DNA from: Psammoneis japonica
Lineage: Eukaryota
DNA: 52,302 nt
Direction of reading: 5' to 3'
Assembly: GCA_008632985.1 (NCBI GenBank)
Contig: QPGO01000047.1
Coordinates: forward strand, 484,212 to 536,513
Of the stretch, positions 25,201 through 34,445 are shown piece by piece. How positions within the stretch are numbered: the stretch's first letter is position 1; each line of letters begins with the position of its first letter. Below the pieces are notes generated by a model. That model ran no database searches. It was not told the origin of the DNA and saw only the letters and a program-made list of their open reading frames with translations. The position numbers were made by a program, and so were the translations under genes.

Positions 25201-27868
25201 TCTGATCCTCGAGTGTGTTGACAAACTCTTTGTCCGTCTTGGTGCCGCAGATGTCAGTGACGGTAGACTCGGTGCCAACAAACAGTTGGGTGCTGGTGCA
25301 ACCAGAGTCGACGGCCGGGGTGTCGGCATGAACGGTGTCAGTGGCGACAGGCTCGTTGCGGCGGTGCACATTAAGGGCGGGGTTGGGTGATTTGCAGGCC
25401 TTGCGAAGGTGTGCACCGGCGGGCATGCGGGCGCACTGCGTGGTGCAGTCAAAAGTACGACGGACCGCATCGGCAGGTAGGAAGCCAAAGCAAGGCCGAA
25501 GAGACTCGAAGGGGGGGTCCTTGGGCTTGACAGTGCGCTCTGGAGGTGGAACGTCATCGCCCGTGGGGTCAATCGCATGCAGATGACACTCGTAGAACAC
25601 GTCGTCGTTCGGAATGAGGTGATCATCGAGGGCGGACGCGTGATCGTCAGACAAGGAAGCGGACAAGATGGTCTCGTTGACAACGACACGGTGACGGCAG
25701 TTGCCGCATTCGTCAAATGGGTTGGCAGTGGGATCGTCCTGCAGGTCAGAGATCGCGTCGTACCACTGGTCGTCGTCAGTGACAGAGTGATCGAGTGCGG
25801 AAGGGTCCCACGTGTCATCACCGGTGAGGATGACATGGGGCAGGGTGTCCCATTCGGCGTCAGTGCAAGGTCGCATGGCAACATGAGGCAGGCCAGCCTT
25901 GATGTCAATGGGGATGACACAGCCATCAGGAGTGGCAACACGTTGCAAGCCGTTGGGCACCTTGACAGAGCGATCGTTGACATCCTGTTTGCACCATTCG
26001 AGCTGGCCGCAGGAATGGATGGTCTTGCCCTTTCCCGTGCATGCGTGCTGATGGAGGATGGCGATGACGGGACCACGCTGGGTCTCAATGACGGCACCAG
26101 CGGTGACAATGGGGATGTCCACCAATTGATGATCGTCAATGCCCTGAACGTCGACTTGGCGAGAGGTGCGTGCGATGACACGAACGTCGTCGCCAGCAAT
26201 GCCGCCGTTGGCCCCACGATCGACCAGAGCGCCAGTGCGTGTGGAGCGATGAGCAGAGGCAGAGCAAATGACATTGTGGTTGTCAACGCGGCGGCAAGTG
26301 CGGCCGTTAAGTTCCATGTTATCTGCAGAAGCTGGCGGGGTAGAGGAAGCGGCGGATGGCCCCGGTCGACTGGCATTGGGGGCTTGGTTAGGAGACAACA
26401 GACGTTGCAGATCACCGGGTGGCAGTGGCTTGCGCTTGGTGAGGTGCGCCAGGATGGGATCATCCGAAGTGGCCAAGTTGACATCACCGTCACTCCCAAG
26501 GTGTTGGTCGTGAAGGTTGGCCGCAACAGACTCATGGCAGTTGCTGGCTCGCGGGTTGCGGGGAGGCGGGCGAGAGTGCTCAAGGATGATCGCCTTGGAG
26601 GAATCGGGCAACGAATCCCAGAGCCGTTGGTGGTCGGGAGGGAGACGTCTCCATTGGACACCGGTGAGGCTGGGACCGCGGGTGTGGGCAGCATTGGCGT
26701 GAAGGACGTCAACGTCACTGTCAATGTCGCAGAACACATCGTCGGACGGTTCCTCGGAGTGGACGTCGTGTGCGTGTGTGGCGCGTCGGGGAGCTCGAGG
26801 TGTCGTCTTGGGTTGAAACGTGCTGTCGCACTGAGCTGCCGCGGAGAGGAGCAAGCCACAGTGTTGATCGTATGTGAGGCTCTTGCCACTCTGCGTACGA
26901 TGCTGATCAGCTTGGTTCTTGACAGCACGGAGTTCCTCGACAGGGTGCACGGCATTCTCGAGCATGACGCATTTCTGTCCTTCAGAGAAGTGGTCACTGG
27001 CGGGGATGAGTGCCTCGCACTTGCGCAACTGATCTTGCCAATGAAGGATGAACCCGTGGGTTGGACCTTTCCAAGTGCCATCACCAAGACGTGCGGTGGT
27101 GAGGTGCGTGAGCAGGGTGGAGGACTCGACAGATGCGCGGGTGGAGGCAAGCGCGTGCTCAGACAAGGAGCGGCAGACGGTCTGTGCGTCAGAAGACCCC
27201 ACATTTTCGCGAATGAGAGCCTTGCCCTTGTCGGTGAGAAGGATGCGTTCGAAGATGGCGAACATGCACTTTTGCTGTTCAGCAAAGAGCAGTTTGTCTT
27301 CGGGGCTGGTCGGTTTGTACGACGAGTCTAGAATGCACTCGACGTCTTGGGCACGGGCTTGTGCCACAAGTGAGGTGTGCCAAGTGTGCCACTGCTTGTC
27401 GGATTTGAGAGCCGTGAAAGCGGTGGGATCACGCTTGATGCCTCGCTTGAAGTCTCGCACCGGGTCGCGTGCCTTGGTCGGGTTGGTGACATGTGGAGGT
27501 GCAAGGGGTGAGCTGCCGATGGACACAGAGGACATGCAGTCCGGGCTGAGGCGGCAGGCAAGGAACTCGTCATGCGCGAACAAAGAGGAGTCGTTGGCAA
27601 CGTCAAGACCTTTGTGTGCTTTGACAATGTGCAGGCTGGCTAGTGCTGCTAACATGTTCTTATAACCACGGGGCAAAGGGATTGCATCAGTGCCGTTGTC
27701 GCACTCAAGCGAGTCGATTTGGGACGGTGTGAACGTGAATGGTTCCTGATGCGAGTCCGTGCCGTCTTGGGCCAAAGCCAAACGAAGAGGACTCCCAGCA
27801 CCTTGGGCAAGCACGGTTCCAACAACGTGCTCGAAACCATCGGTTTGTTGCTGACGAGTGAGAACCAT
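22247..27868 (-). CDS. Copia gag-pol polyprotein; frame open but hypermutated and probably non-functional
   Basis: Protease 'LVDRGANGG'; integrase 'VATDT...DRAQ...QNFAER'; RT 'HKARLVADG', 'KALYGLRSSG', 'VYVDDL'; RNase H 'FGDNKSVV...NPADILSK'. Many conserved Tyr are Cys/His. Confidence 0.93.
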   Translation of the reverse strand: MVLTRQQQTDGFEHVVGTVLAQGAGSPLRLALAQDGTDSHQEPFTFTPSQIDSLECDNGTDAIPLPRGYKNMLAALASLHIVKAHKGLDVANDSSLFAHDEFLACRLSPDCMSSVSIGSSPLAPPHVTNPTKARDPVRDFKRGIKRDPTAFTALKSDKQWHTWHTSLVAQARAQDVECILDSSYKPTSPEDKLLFAEQQKCMFAIFERILLTDKGKALIRENVGSSDAQTVCRSLSEHALASTRASVESSTLLTHLTTARLGDGTWKGPTHGFILHWQDQLRKCEALIPASDHFSEGQKCVMLENAVHPVEELRAVKNQADQHRTQSGKSLTYDQHCGLLLSAAAQCDSTFQPKTTPRAPRRATHAHDVHSEEPSDDVFCDIDSDVDVLHANAAHTRGPSLTGVQWRRLPPDHQRLWDSLPDSSKAIILEHSRPPPRNPRASNCHESVAANLHDQHLGSDGDVNLATSDDPILAHLTKRKPLPPGDLQRLLSPNQAPNASRPGPSAASSTPPASADNMELNGRTCRRVDNHNVICSASAHRSTRTGALVDRGANGGIAGDDVRVIARTSRQVDVQGIDDHQLVDIPIVTAGAVIETQRGPVIAILHQHACTGKGKTIHSCGQLEWCKQDVNDRSVKVPNGLQRVATPDGCVIPIDIKAGLPHVAMRPCTDAEWDTLPHVILTGDDTWDPSALDHSVTDDDQWYDAISDLQDDPTANPFDECGNCRHRVVVNETILSASLSDDHASALDDHLIPNDDVFYECHLHAIDPTGDDVPPPERTVKPKDPPFESLRPCFGFLPADAVRRTFDCTTQCARMPAGAHLRKACKSPNPALNVHRRNEPVATDTVHADTPAVDSGCTSTQLFVGTESTVTDICGTKTDKEFVNTLEDQIRERGAPSKLIGDRAQVEISNKVLGILRALFISSWQSEPHQQHQNFAERQHQTVKRMANTVMDRFGSPAHTWLLALMCVCFMLNHTASPRLHWRTPLETLTGSTPDISPLLRFHWWEPVCFHLDDSDWPSESRELRGRFVGIAEHVGHQMTFKILSDETQKILCRSNVRSAAPDPAVRNLRLDPPDGEPPEPIIKSRHDDNPVDSTDGEIRTPKMPVFDPQDIIGRTFLMQPQEDGQRHRARIVKAVEDHEWKVNGNPELTKFVCSVNNDECEEVLAHNDIMNHIEQEDEDTTIWKFRRIASHEGPLKPHDPTWKGSSYNIMLEWESGEITSEPLAIIAKDDPVTCAIYARENGLLDTDGWKRFRTVARRQKKPFRMANQAKLRSFRTAPRCKCGCEVPRNYKHAMSLDERNGNRKWGDATNLEMDQLDEYEVFHDCGPFKSSTPPAGHKKIRVHLVFDVKHDGRHKARLVADGHLTDVPVDGVYSGVVSLRGLRLMIFLAELNELETWATDIGNACLEATTKEKLYIVAGPEFGKLEGHILVIHKALYGLRSSGLRWHERFADCLRAEGFFPCRAEPDIWMRRNGDHCECIGVYVDDLAIAMKDPQSFIDTLIEKCKFKLKGTGPIEFHLGCDFSRDPDGTLCLSPRKYIERMVDSCARLFGEKPATNALSPLEKGDHPELDTSELLGPDGIHKFQSLVGSLQWAVSLGRIDITTAVMSLSSFRAAPRQGHLDRAKRVCGHLSKMRHGALRVRTEEPDCSDLPAPACEWMHSVYGEAEEMIPKDAPPPLGKFVTATHCVDANLCHCMLTGRSVMGMLHFLNKFPADWFSKKQATVETATCGSEFVAARNCVEQIVDLRITLRHLGVPIRNVSYMFGDNKSVVDSATIPHSKLHKRHTALSFHRVREAIASGYLEFHFIEGSRNPADILSKHWGYSQIWDLLRPLMFWNFIPSEIESVSVAPQANWGVTGFEQDLDAREVSRAV

Positions 27869-28792
27869 GGCAGACAAAAGTGGTGTCAGGACAATCAATT
27901 CTGGTCGGGAAGCGAAGGTGGACTCGAAACTTGGGTGAGAACAGACTTGACTTGAAACAGACTTGACTTGAAATCTTGAACTGTCTTAAAATCAGAAGTC
28001 GCCGGGCTTTGTTGTCCCGTTCGTTGTCAAGTGCTAAACTTCCCATCCGGACCGTAGAGTTGTGCCGGCACGTCCGAACCCGCAGCCAGCGGCGCTTTGG
28101 GTTGCTTGCGAGCGGAGTAGCGGGTTGTAAACCCCTGCAGGTGAGCTGACTGGAGGTGGACAAGACCCCCGAACCGTTCTCATTTTATGTCGGTTGGATT
28201 TCCCGATCAGGCTGGCCAGTTGACGCAGGCGTCAGGCGCTGTGGACGAACGAACAAACGCGGGAAAGCACCCTCGCCCCAACGCAGGCTGCAATCACGGC
28301 TGCTTGCTCTCACAGTCGTCCTCGTGGACCTAGTAGAACTGTAGAGCACCAGCAGTCCGGGGTAGATCAGGTACAATGGACTCGGTGTGCTTGTAGAGTG
28401 GCAGCAAAACCGCAGTCCGAAGAGTGGGTACAGGTTCTTGGCCGTGAAGATATGTATATATATATATGTCTTCAGCGACGAAGATCCTTGAATATGTAGG
28501 GTTCTTGACCGTTAACCGATGAATAGGTATATCAAGGGATGAGGATCAAGGATAGACTTGGATATGACCGTTGAATGTATGTCTTCAGCGATCAAAGGTA
28601 GTACAATCAATCCAGATATCCAGCGGTAAGGAGACTTGACGGTGACGTTAACTTCCTGCCGATGCCCTGGTATTGAATGCGCGTAGACTTGCCGATGTAT
28701 GTAGAATATATACGGAGGTCCACGTAGAATTGAAATAGCGTCGTTGGTAAATCAACGACGACGATGGCGGTTGCTCAATGGGTTGACAATGA

Positions 28793-28807
28793 GCAAGACT
28801 GTTAATC
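28793..28807 (-). promoter_or_regulatory. Putative primer-binding site complementary to a tRNA-Asn(GTT) anticodon arm
   Basis: The element strand reads GATTAACAGTCTTGC immediately after the 5' LTR. Its complement GCAAGA-CTGTTAA-TC has the form of an anticodon stem plus a CT-GTT-AA loop. Confidence 0.6.
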
Positions 28808-29083
28808 TGACAGAAAATGAAGGCAAATGGCAAGAATTCAAACAATAACTCCTTACTGCTGTCTAAATAGCAGATGAGTCTCCGCTCAGAGACCGTTACA
28901 GGAGCCGAAAGACGTGTGGGTCGGTATAATCGGGCTACTGTTATTATTCTTGTGAGCCTTGTGGCTCGAAAGCAAACTACATCGCGCGCGAACGCGCGGA
29001 ACTAAAGCACACAAAACTGTGCGCGGTAAACTAAACAGCGCGCGACACTTTGCGCGCATCCAAATCCTGTTCAAATCCTGTCA
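28808..29083 (-). repeat. 5' LTR (276 bp)
   Basis: TGACAG...CTGTCA; retains most TA dinucleotides lost in the 3' LTR. Confidence 0.95.
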
Positions 29084-29952
29084 CAAGCAATGAGCCCTTC
29101 TTGCATTGTCACTCTGGGCACTTGCGCTGCCCCAAGATTGATGGCATCTTGCTCACCCCAAATGTGCAGCAGCCACCAGAGCAGAGGAGCCAAGAAAAGG
29201 TGTGATGATGCCAAGCATCACATGAACCAATTTCAGAAAAAGAACTTGTGGTTGCTCTGGGTGGCCATCAGCTGGAAACCTCAACTCAGATGGCACTGAA
29301 AACAATTGCAAAGAAGTGGCAGTGGTGTTTCTGACAACACAGCATGTCTGCAAAGTGGTGGATTTGCTCGCCAACATGAACAGAGCACAAGTTGTTGCAA
29401 ACATGATGCTTGAGTGCAGTTGTTTTGTTGTGTGCTCTTTTCCACATCCCCAGCTTGATGGCTCACCTTGATGACTTCTCATGTCCACACCAGCACTTTG
29501 CCATCTTCCTTCTTTTGACATCATGGCATCTCATCATTGGTTTGTGCCACACTGATCAGCTTTTCATCATCATCCAGAGCTGCTTCATGTGAGGTTGTCA
29601 TTGCTGTCAAAGTTTTCTGACAAGTTTGCCTTGGTCCAGCTGCATTTCCAGGCTCTGGCACAATGCACTCTCCAAGAATTGCACAGGTTGGAAAGCTGCC
29701 AGGTTTGCGCACTCGCTGTTTCAATGATTTCTGCATCAAAAATGTGCAATCAACAGGTCACTGAGTGTCACATGTGGCCAACAGCTTCCCCAACAATGCC
29801 AAGCACACAATGTTGTTAGAGACACAAAAAAGGCAGTTGTGTTGGACAGCAGGTGACATTGGTGCAAAAAGACATTTGGTGCAAACAAGCAAGCAACTCT
29901 CATGGACTTCAGGAAGAACAACAACCAATTTGCAAGTCATGTTTGCCATTTC

Positions 29953-29984
<32 letters not shown>

Positions 29985-30975
29985 GACATGTGGCCAGGGT
30001 GCTGGTGCCTTTTTGCACAGTGGATTGACAGAACATGCAGCTGAGATTGCAAAATTCCCCTGCATGTCTCTGGGCATGGCTTGGTCAATGAGAAACAATG
30101 CCAAAAGGTGGCAGGAGTGGTGCCATGGAAGGTGTTGCAAACAGAAAATGCTTTTTTGCACTTGTCTTCACATGCGCATGTTTTCTCTTTTTCTGGAACT
30201 CCAGCACCGGGCAGACAAATTCTCGCTAAGATGAAAACTCACAAGATGAGGTGTTGCACATTTGAAGCCATTGCAACACCATCATCCAAGATGTGCATTT
30301 TCATCCCAGGTGAGAAACTTTTGGACAAATCACGAGGTTTTTTGCGCGCTTCTGTGCAGCACACACACATGCCCAGAGAACAAAATGCCAGCTGCGCAGG
30401 TGGCCAGCACAGTTGAGTTGTCCATGAATCAATGAAAGAAGAACAAGCACAGCCAACATTTGCAAAAATTGTGAATCAGCAGAAACTGCCTTCACAAATG
30501 TGAAAATTGCAGCCATTGTTCATTGTTCTTCTTGCCAAGTGCAGAAACATGTTGCAGACACAGCCAACACCATGCTGTCAACGAGGCTCGCAAAGTTGCA
30601 GAGTGTGCATTTGCACTGCACCTCTCCAGCTTTTGCCAAATGAGCCCAGAGGCAGGCCAGTGCACCTTTGCCACTTTGGCCAAGAAATCTCGCTCACGTG
30701 CTCGCCCTCTTGCAAAAACCTCTGGCAGCAGGCAGTGTCTTTTGATGTGCGGCGCTGAGGCAAACATTTGTCAATGCAGGTGCAGGGGTGCTGGGTGGCA
30801 CCCAGAGAGATGTTTTTGGTCTGGACCCATGCTGGCCAGTCGAAGAACCAAACAGAGAACACAACGGCTCCAAATGATGCACACCCACAACTTCTTCTGT
30901 GACTCTCCAACAATTCTTTCCTCCCTTGCCTTCCATCTCTTCTCTGGCTTTTGTGACCTTTCGCCACTGATGGAT
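29084..30975. repeat. Degenerate TpA-depleted block with (GTT)n microsatellite at ~29953-29985
   Basis: TA is nearly absent (seen at about 29817 and 30227). Overlapping Cys/His-rich ORFs have no recognisable domain. Confidence 0.7.
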
Positions 30976-31089
30976 CAAGTTACCTCGACATGCACCACCG
31001 CGTAACAAACAAAAGAAAAGAACCCACAAAAAATGCCTCTGTCTCTCAAACAAAGCATGGCAAAAGAAAATAGAACGTCCAAGCGTGTG

Positions 31090-31146
31090 CACCCGATGTG
31101 GGGATCGAACCCACGACCACACGGTTAAAAGCCGGGCGCTCTACCA
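31090..31146 (-). tRNA. tRNA-Lys(TTT), 5'-truncated/interrupted in the D-loop
   Basis: Minus strand TGGTAGAGCG-CCCGG-CTTTTAA-CCGTG-TGGTC-GTGGG-TTCGATC-CCCAC-ATCGGGT-G gives the D-arm 3' half, TTT anticodon, T arm and 3' acceptor strand. T-runs lie ~20 nt downstream. The first ~16 nt are missing. Confidence 0.88.
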
Positions 31147-32825
31147 TTTCCCGGCTATGGGTTGGACATTCGCCAGGTTAATCTTTGAGTATTTAATCGC
31201 TGCAATGCAGTGCGCGCCGAGGAGCTCCTGTCGACATTATTAGCAGAAATGGCATGTGCATTCCTGCTTAACATGTTTTTAGTGTGTATCTGCATGAAAC
31301 AGAGAATATTTTTGTCTGTGTATCATTATTGTCCCTGCGTTAGGTGTGTATCAGTGACGGCTCTCGCTGCCCAATCGATAGCTATCGTCTGTCTTTGTAC
31401 GTCATAACGTCTGTTCGTCGTTCTCTGTTCTGTCTCGCGCGAAAACCTGCGCAGGCAATCAGCGCAGCACCGTGCACCGGCGCTCATCATTCCTTCATTG
31501 AACGATCACACGATGAGCAACCCGTTTGACGTGTGCGGCCTGTGGAATAATCACCGCCCTTCTACAGTTTGAATCATCCCAAGAGATGTCTGGTGTCAAT
31601 TTCAAGAAGGGACAACCCGAGTCTTGCGTCAATAAGAATCGTGGAGTGGGAGTGGTCGTCTGATCCCGTGCTGAAGAACACCTGCAGCGCCAACCTCACA
31701 CCTCCGCGACCCGTTGTAGGACTTGTAAGTTTTGTTTGTTCATTCGATAAGACTTGTTGATTGTCGTGTGTTTTTGTATTTCACCTCATTTCATCGGCAA
31801 CCCATGACTTCTCTCGCTTCATTCTTTTGTTCTTGGGAAGAGCATGTGACACGTGATATCGTACGAGAAAGAAGAGTGCTGTATCGTTTGCTGTTGTGTG
31901 GGTGAAAAGTGCCTTGTATTTTCTGTTTGTTTTGGTCGATTGGTACTGTTGATTGTCATGCATTTTGTTTCGCCTTTTTCCATTGGCAACTGATGATTTT
32001 TTTGGCTTCATGCTGTTGTTTTTAGGGAGCATTTACACTGTTTTGCTGTTGCAGGTACTCATAATACCTATTGATAGTTGTGTATTTTGTTTCGTCTTAT
32101 TCCGTTGGTAACTGATGAATTCTTTTGCTTCATTCTTTTGAATTAGAGAGCACCTGCACGCACTGTCTTGCTGCTACCGGTGCTATACTAATTAGAGCGT
32201 GGTATCGTTTGTTGTTGTTTGGGTGAAAAGTGCCTTTTACAGTTTGTTTGTTGATGGTATTCGACCTATTGATTGTTGTGTATTTTGTTTTGTGTTTTTC
32301 CATCGGTTAACTTGTGACTTTCGCTTCATTCTTTTGAATTAGAGAGCACCTGCACGCACTGTGTTGCTGCTACAGGTAACAATAAGAACGCCGTATCGTT
32401 TGCTGATGCGGGTAATAATCACGATCAACCAATCTGTGAGATCATCTCAAGGTAGCATGGGAGGTAAGGTGTGATACAAAAATGTATATTCTGTATGTTT
32501 TTTCCTTTTTGATTCATGTCTCTTTCTCTCGTTCTGCCTGCCTACAGCACATAGGTACTGCATGGTTTCTACCAGGTAAATCATTAGTTTACACAACTAC
32601 AGTAAACCATGGTGTGCCCGGTCGATTGCACACGCTACTATATTCTTGGTATCTCATACATCGGTATACAAAACAGCAAATGTGAAAGTGTCCGCCGAAC
32701 ACTACACAATTGCCATACCAATCCGTTTCTCTCTTGCTCATCTTTGCGAGAAGCTGTACTCCTTATATACTCACAGTCGTGAAGCCTACCCAAAGGCCTC
32801 GTCCGGTCGACGTCATCATCTACCT

Positions 32826-34445
32826 CTACCAGGCAAAGTCTTCAAAGTCAGAGTCTTCATCATCCGAGTCTGCTTCGAGGTCATGGTCGTCTTTGTCTGA
32901 GTCTGCTTCCAGGTCGTGGTCATCTGAATGCACGGTGTGCAACGAAGCGTCATCCGAAGCGTCGTCCGAGTATGTGTCTGCTAACTCATTGGAGTCAGCA
33001 GCTACCTCATCATCAATCCACTGACCATAAAATGTTGGTTTCCCACGACTTCGAGGACCCAATGCATTGTTATCACTCGTAGGGGGCATGACCAACGCCA
33101 CGGCCTCTTCCTCGGCGTCGCTCTCTGCAGGTTCGACAGAAGTTGCACCGGTAAGATTCGTCAAGCGTGATGCATTACTCTCACTCGCATCCAACTCAAC
33201 GGCCTCTTCCTCGGCGTCGCTCTTTGTACGTTCGACGGTATCGACTGAAACAGCACCCGTAGGATTCGTCAAGCCTGATTCTGGCGGATCCTTCCTATTT
33301 GCACCGGCAGCCTTCGTCGCGTTGGATTTCGGGTATTCCTTCCTAGACGTGTCGGTAACCTTCTTTTTCTTGGGTTTGGGAGGATCCTTCCTACAGGCAG
33401 ATGCTACCGATACCGCAGCCTTCCTCTTGGTTGATTTCCCACCGGCAGACGCCACTAATACTGCAGCCTTCCTCTTGGTTGATGATTCGGGAGGATCCTT
33501 CCTAGTAGAAACGGGAGGAGTGTCGTAATTGGCAACAAGGCCGTGAGTAATGGAGAGTGCAAGTGCCATTTTCTTTTGAGTGTTCGCTTCCAATTCAGCT
33601 CGGGCTTTTGCGGCTGCTACACGCTCCTTGTCAGAGACCTGGTACTTTTCACGAATAGTCCACATGGACTGACTTTTTTCAACCTTGATCAAGTACTTTT
33701 CTGCCGTTGCAATGTACTGATACTTCAAATACTTGATTTTCTTGTCAACCTTGGTGAACGTCACTTCCACCGTGGTGATGTTTTCCTTTTCCCGAAGAAG
33801 CAGAATATCGAACAAGGCAACAACGTCGTTCCAGTAGATGTGCGTTTTGCCGCACTGACGAATGTAGCAAAGAAGAGCCCGTCCACACAACTCGTTGAAC
33901 CAACCGTCGTATTTATCATTTTTTCTTCGGATTTCTCGATTTTCTTTGGTTGACTTTTTGAAAACTCCGCGGCTCTGCCGGTCCTGCTCTTCAGCGGCCC
34001 TTTTCTTCTTCATTGCCGATCGAAGATCATCGTCAGCGGTAAGTCTTTCTTGTTGAAGATCCTCGTGACGCCTTCGCTTGACGCGATCCTGTTTCCGAAC
34101 GAAATCGCGACCGTGTATCGCCAAGTCTCTCTCACGCGCTTCCTTCACGTATCCACGATGATATTCGGCCCGCTTTTTTAGGATATCGAGGCGTTCCTGC
34201 TGCTCATCGGAAAGGCTACTCAGACTGCCAAGGTAAGCCACCTCGCGTCGCTCCATTTTGCGATGGCATCGCTGGCAAACGAAATAGCCAGCACAACCGT
34301 GGCCGCCGCCTATCCTTGACCCTACACAAACCATGGTCCGAGAATCACTGTCCGCTTCATTTTCGTCGTCAGCCGTCAAAGAGCAGTCTTGCGCGGGAAT
34401 GTCAGCAATGGCGGGGGACCGGGGCAGCTCCACCGAAGACTCCAA
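32826..34445 (-). CDS. Element protein, C-terminal part: Cys cluster, charged helical region, RKDPP repeats, acidic tail
   Basis: 539-codon frame starting at TTG and overlapping the upstream ORF by 70 nt; 'CVGSRIGGGHGCAGYFVCQRCH'. The C-terminus is duplicated at 40162-40875. Confidence 0.65.
   Translation of the reverse strand: MESSVELPRSPAIADIPAQDCSLTADDENEADSDSRTMVCVGSRIGGGHGCAGYFVCQRCHRKMERREVAYLGSLSSLSDEQQERLDILKKRAEYHRGYVKEARERDLAIHGRDFVRKQDRVKRRRHEDLQQERLTADDDLRSAMKKKRAAEEQDRQSRGVFKKSTKENREIRRKNDKYDGWFNELCGRALLCYIRQCGKTHIYWNDVVALFDILLLREKENITTVEVTFTKVDKKIKYLKYQYIATAEKYLIKVEKSQSMWTIREKYQVSDKERVAAAKARAELEANTQKKMALALSITHGLVANYDTPPVSTRKDPPESSTKRKAAVLVASAGGKSTKRKAAVSVASACRKDPPKPKKKKVTDTSRKEYPKSNATKAAGANRKDPPESGLTNPTGAVSVDTVERTKSDAEEEAVELDASESNASRLTNLTGATSVEPAESDAEEEAVALVMPPTSDNNALGPRSRGKPTFYGQWIDDEVAADSNELADTYSDDASDDASLHTVHSDDHDLEADSDKDDHDLEADSDDEDSDFEDFAW

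Larger units (their letters stand above)
22024..29083 (-). mobile_element. Full-length Ty1/copia LTR retrotransposon, diatom CoDi type
   Basis: Two 276-bp TG...CA LTRs. Purine-rich tract AAACTGGGGAG next to the 3' LTR. Single gag-pol ORF in PR-IN-RT-RH order. No matching TSD. Confidence 0.96.

Noticed and set aside
25039..27331. 748-aa alternate-frame and 584-aa antisense ORFs inside the copia element
   Set aside because: Shadow frames of a GC-rich, TA-depleted coding region.
22247..27868. Alternative genetic code explaining Cys/His at Tyr positions
   Set aside because: Neighbouring host genes use TAY for conserved Tyr normally, and the change also affects non-coding LTRs.
22024..29083. Classical RIP (CA->TA) or RNA editing as the cause of the LTR differences
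   Set aside because: Loss of conserved Tyr shows TA is ancestral. Both strands are hit, the LTRs differ from each other, and blocks with no retroelement features are affected too.
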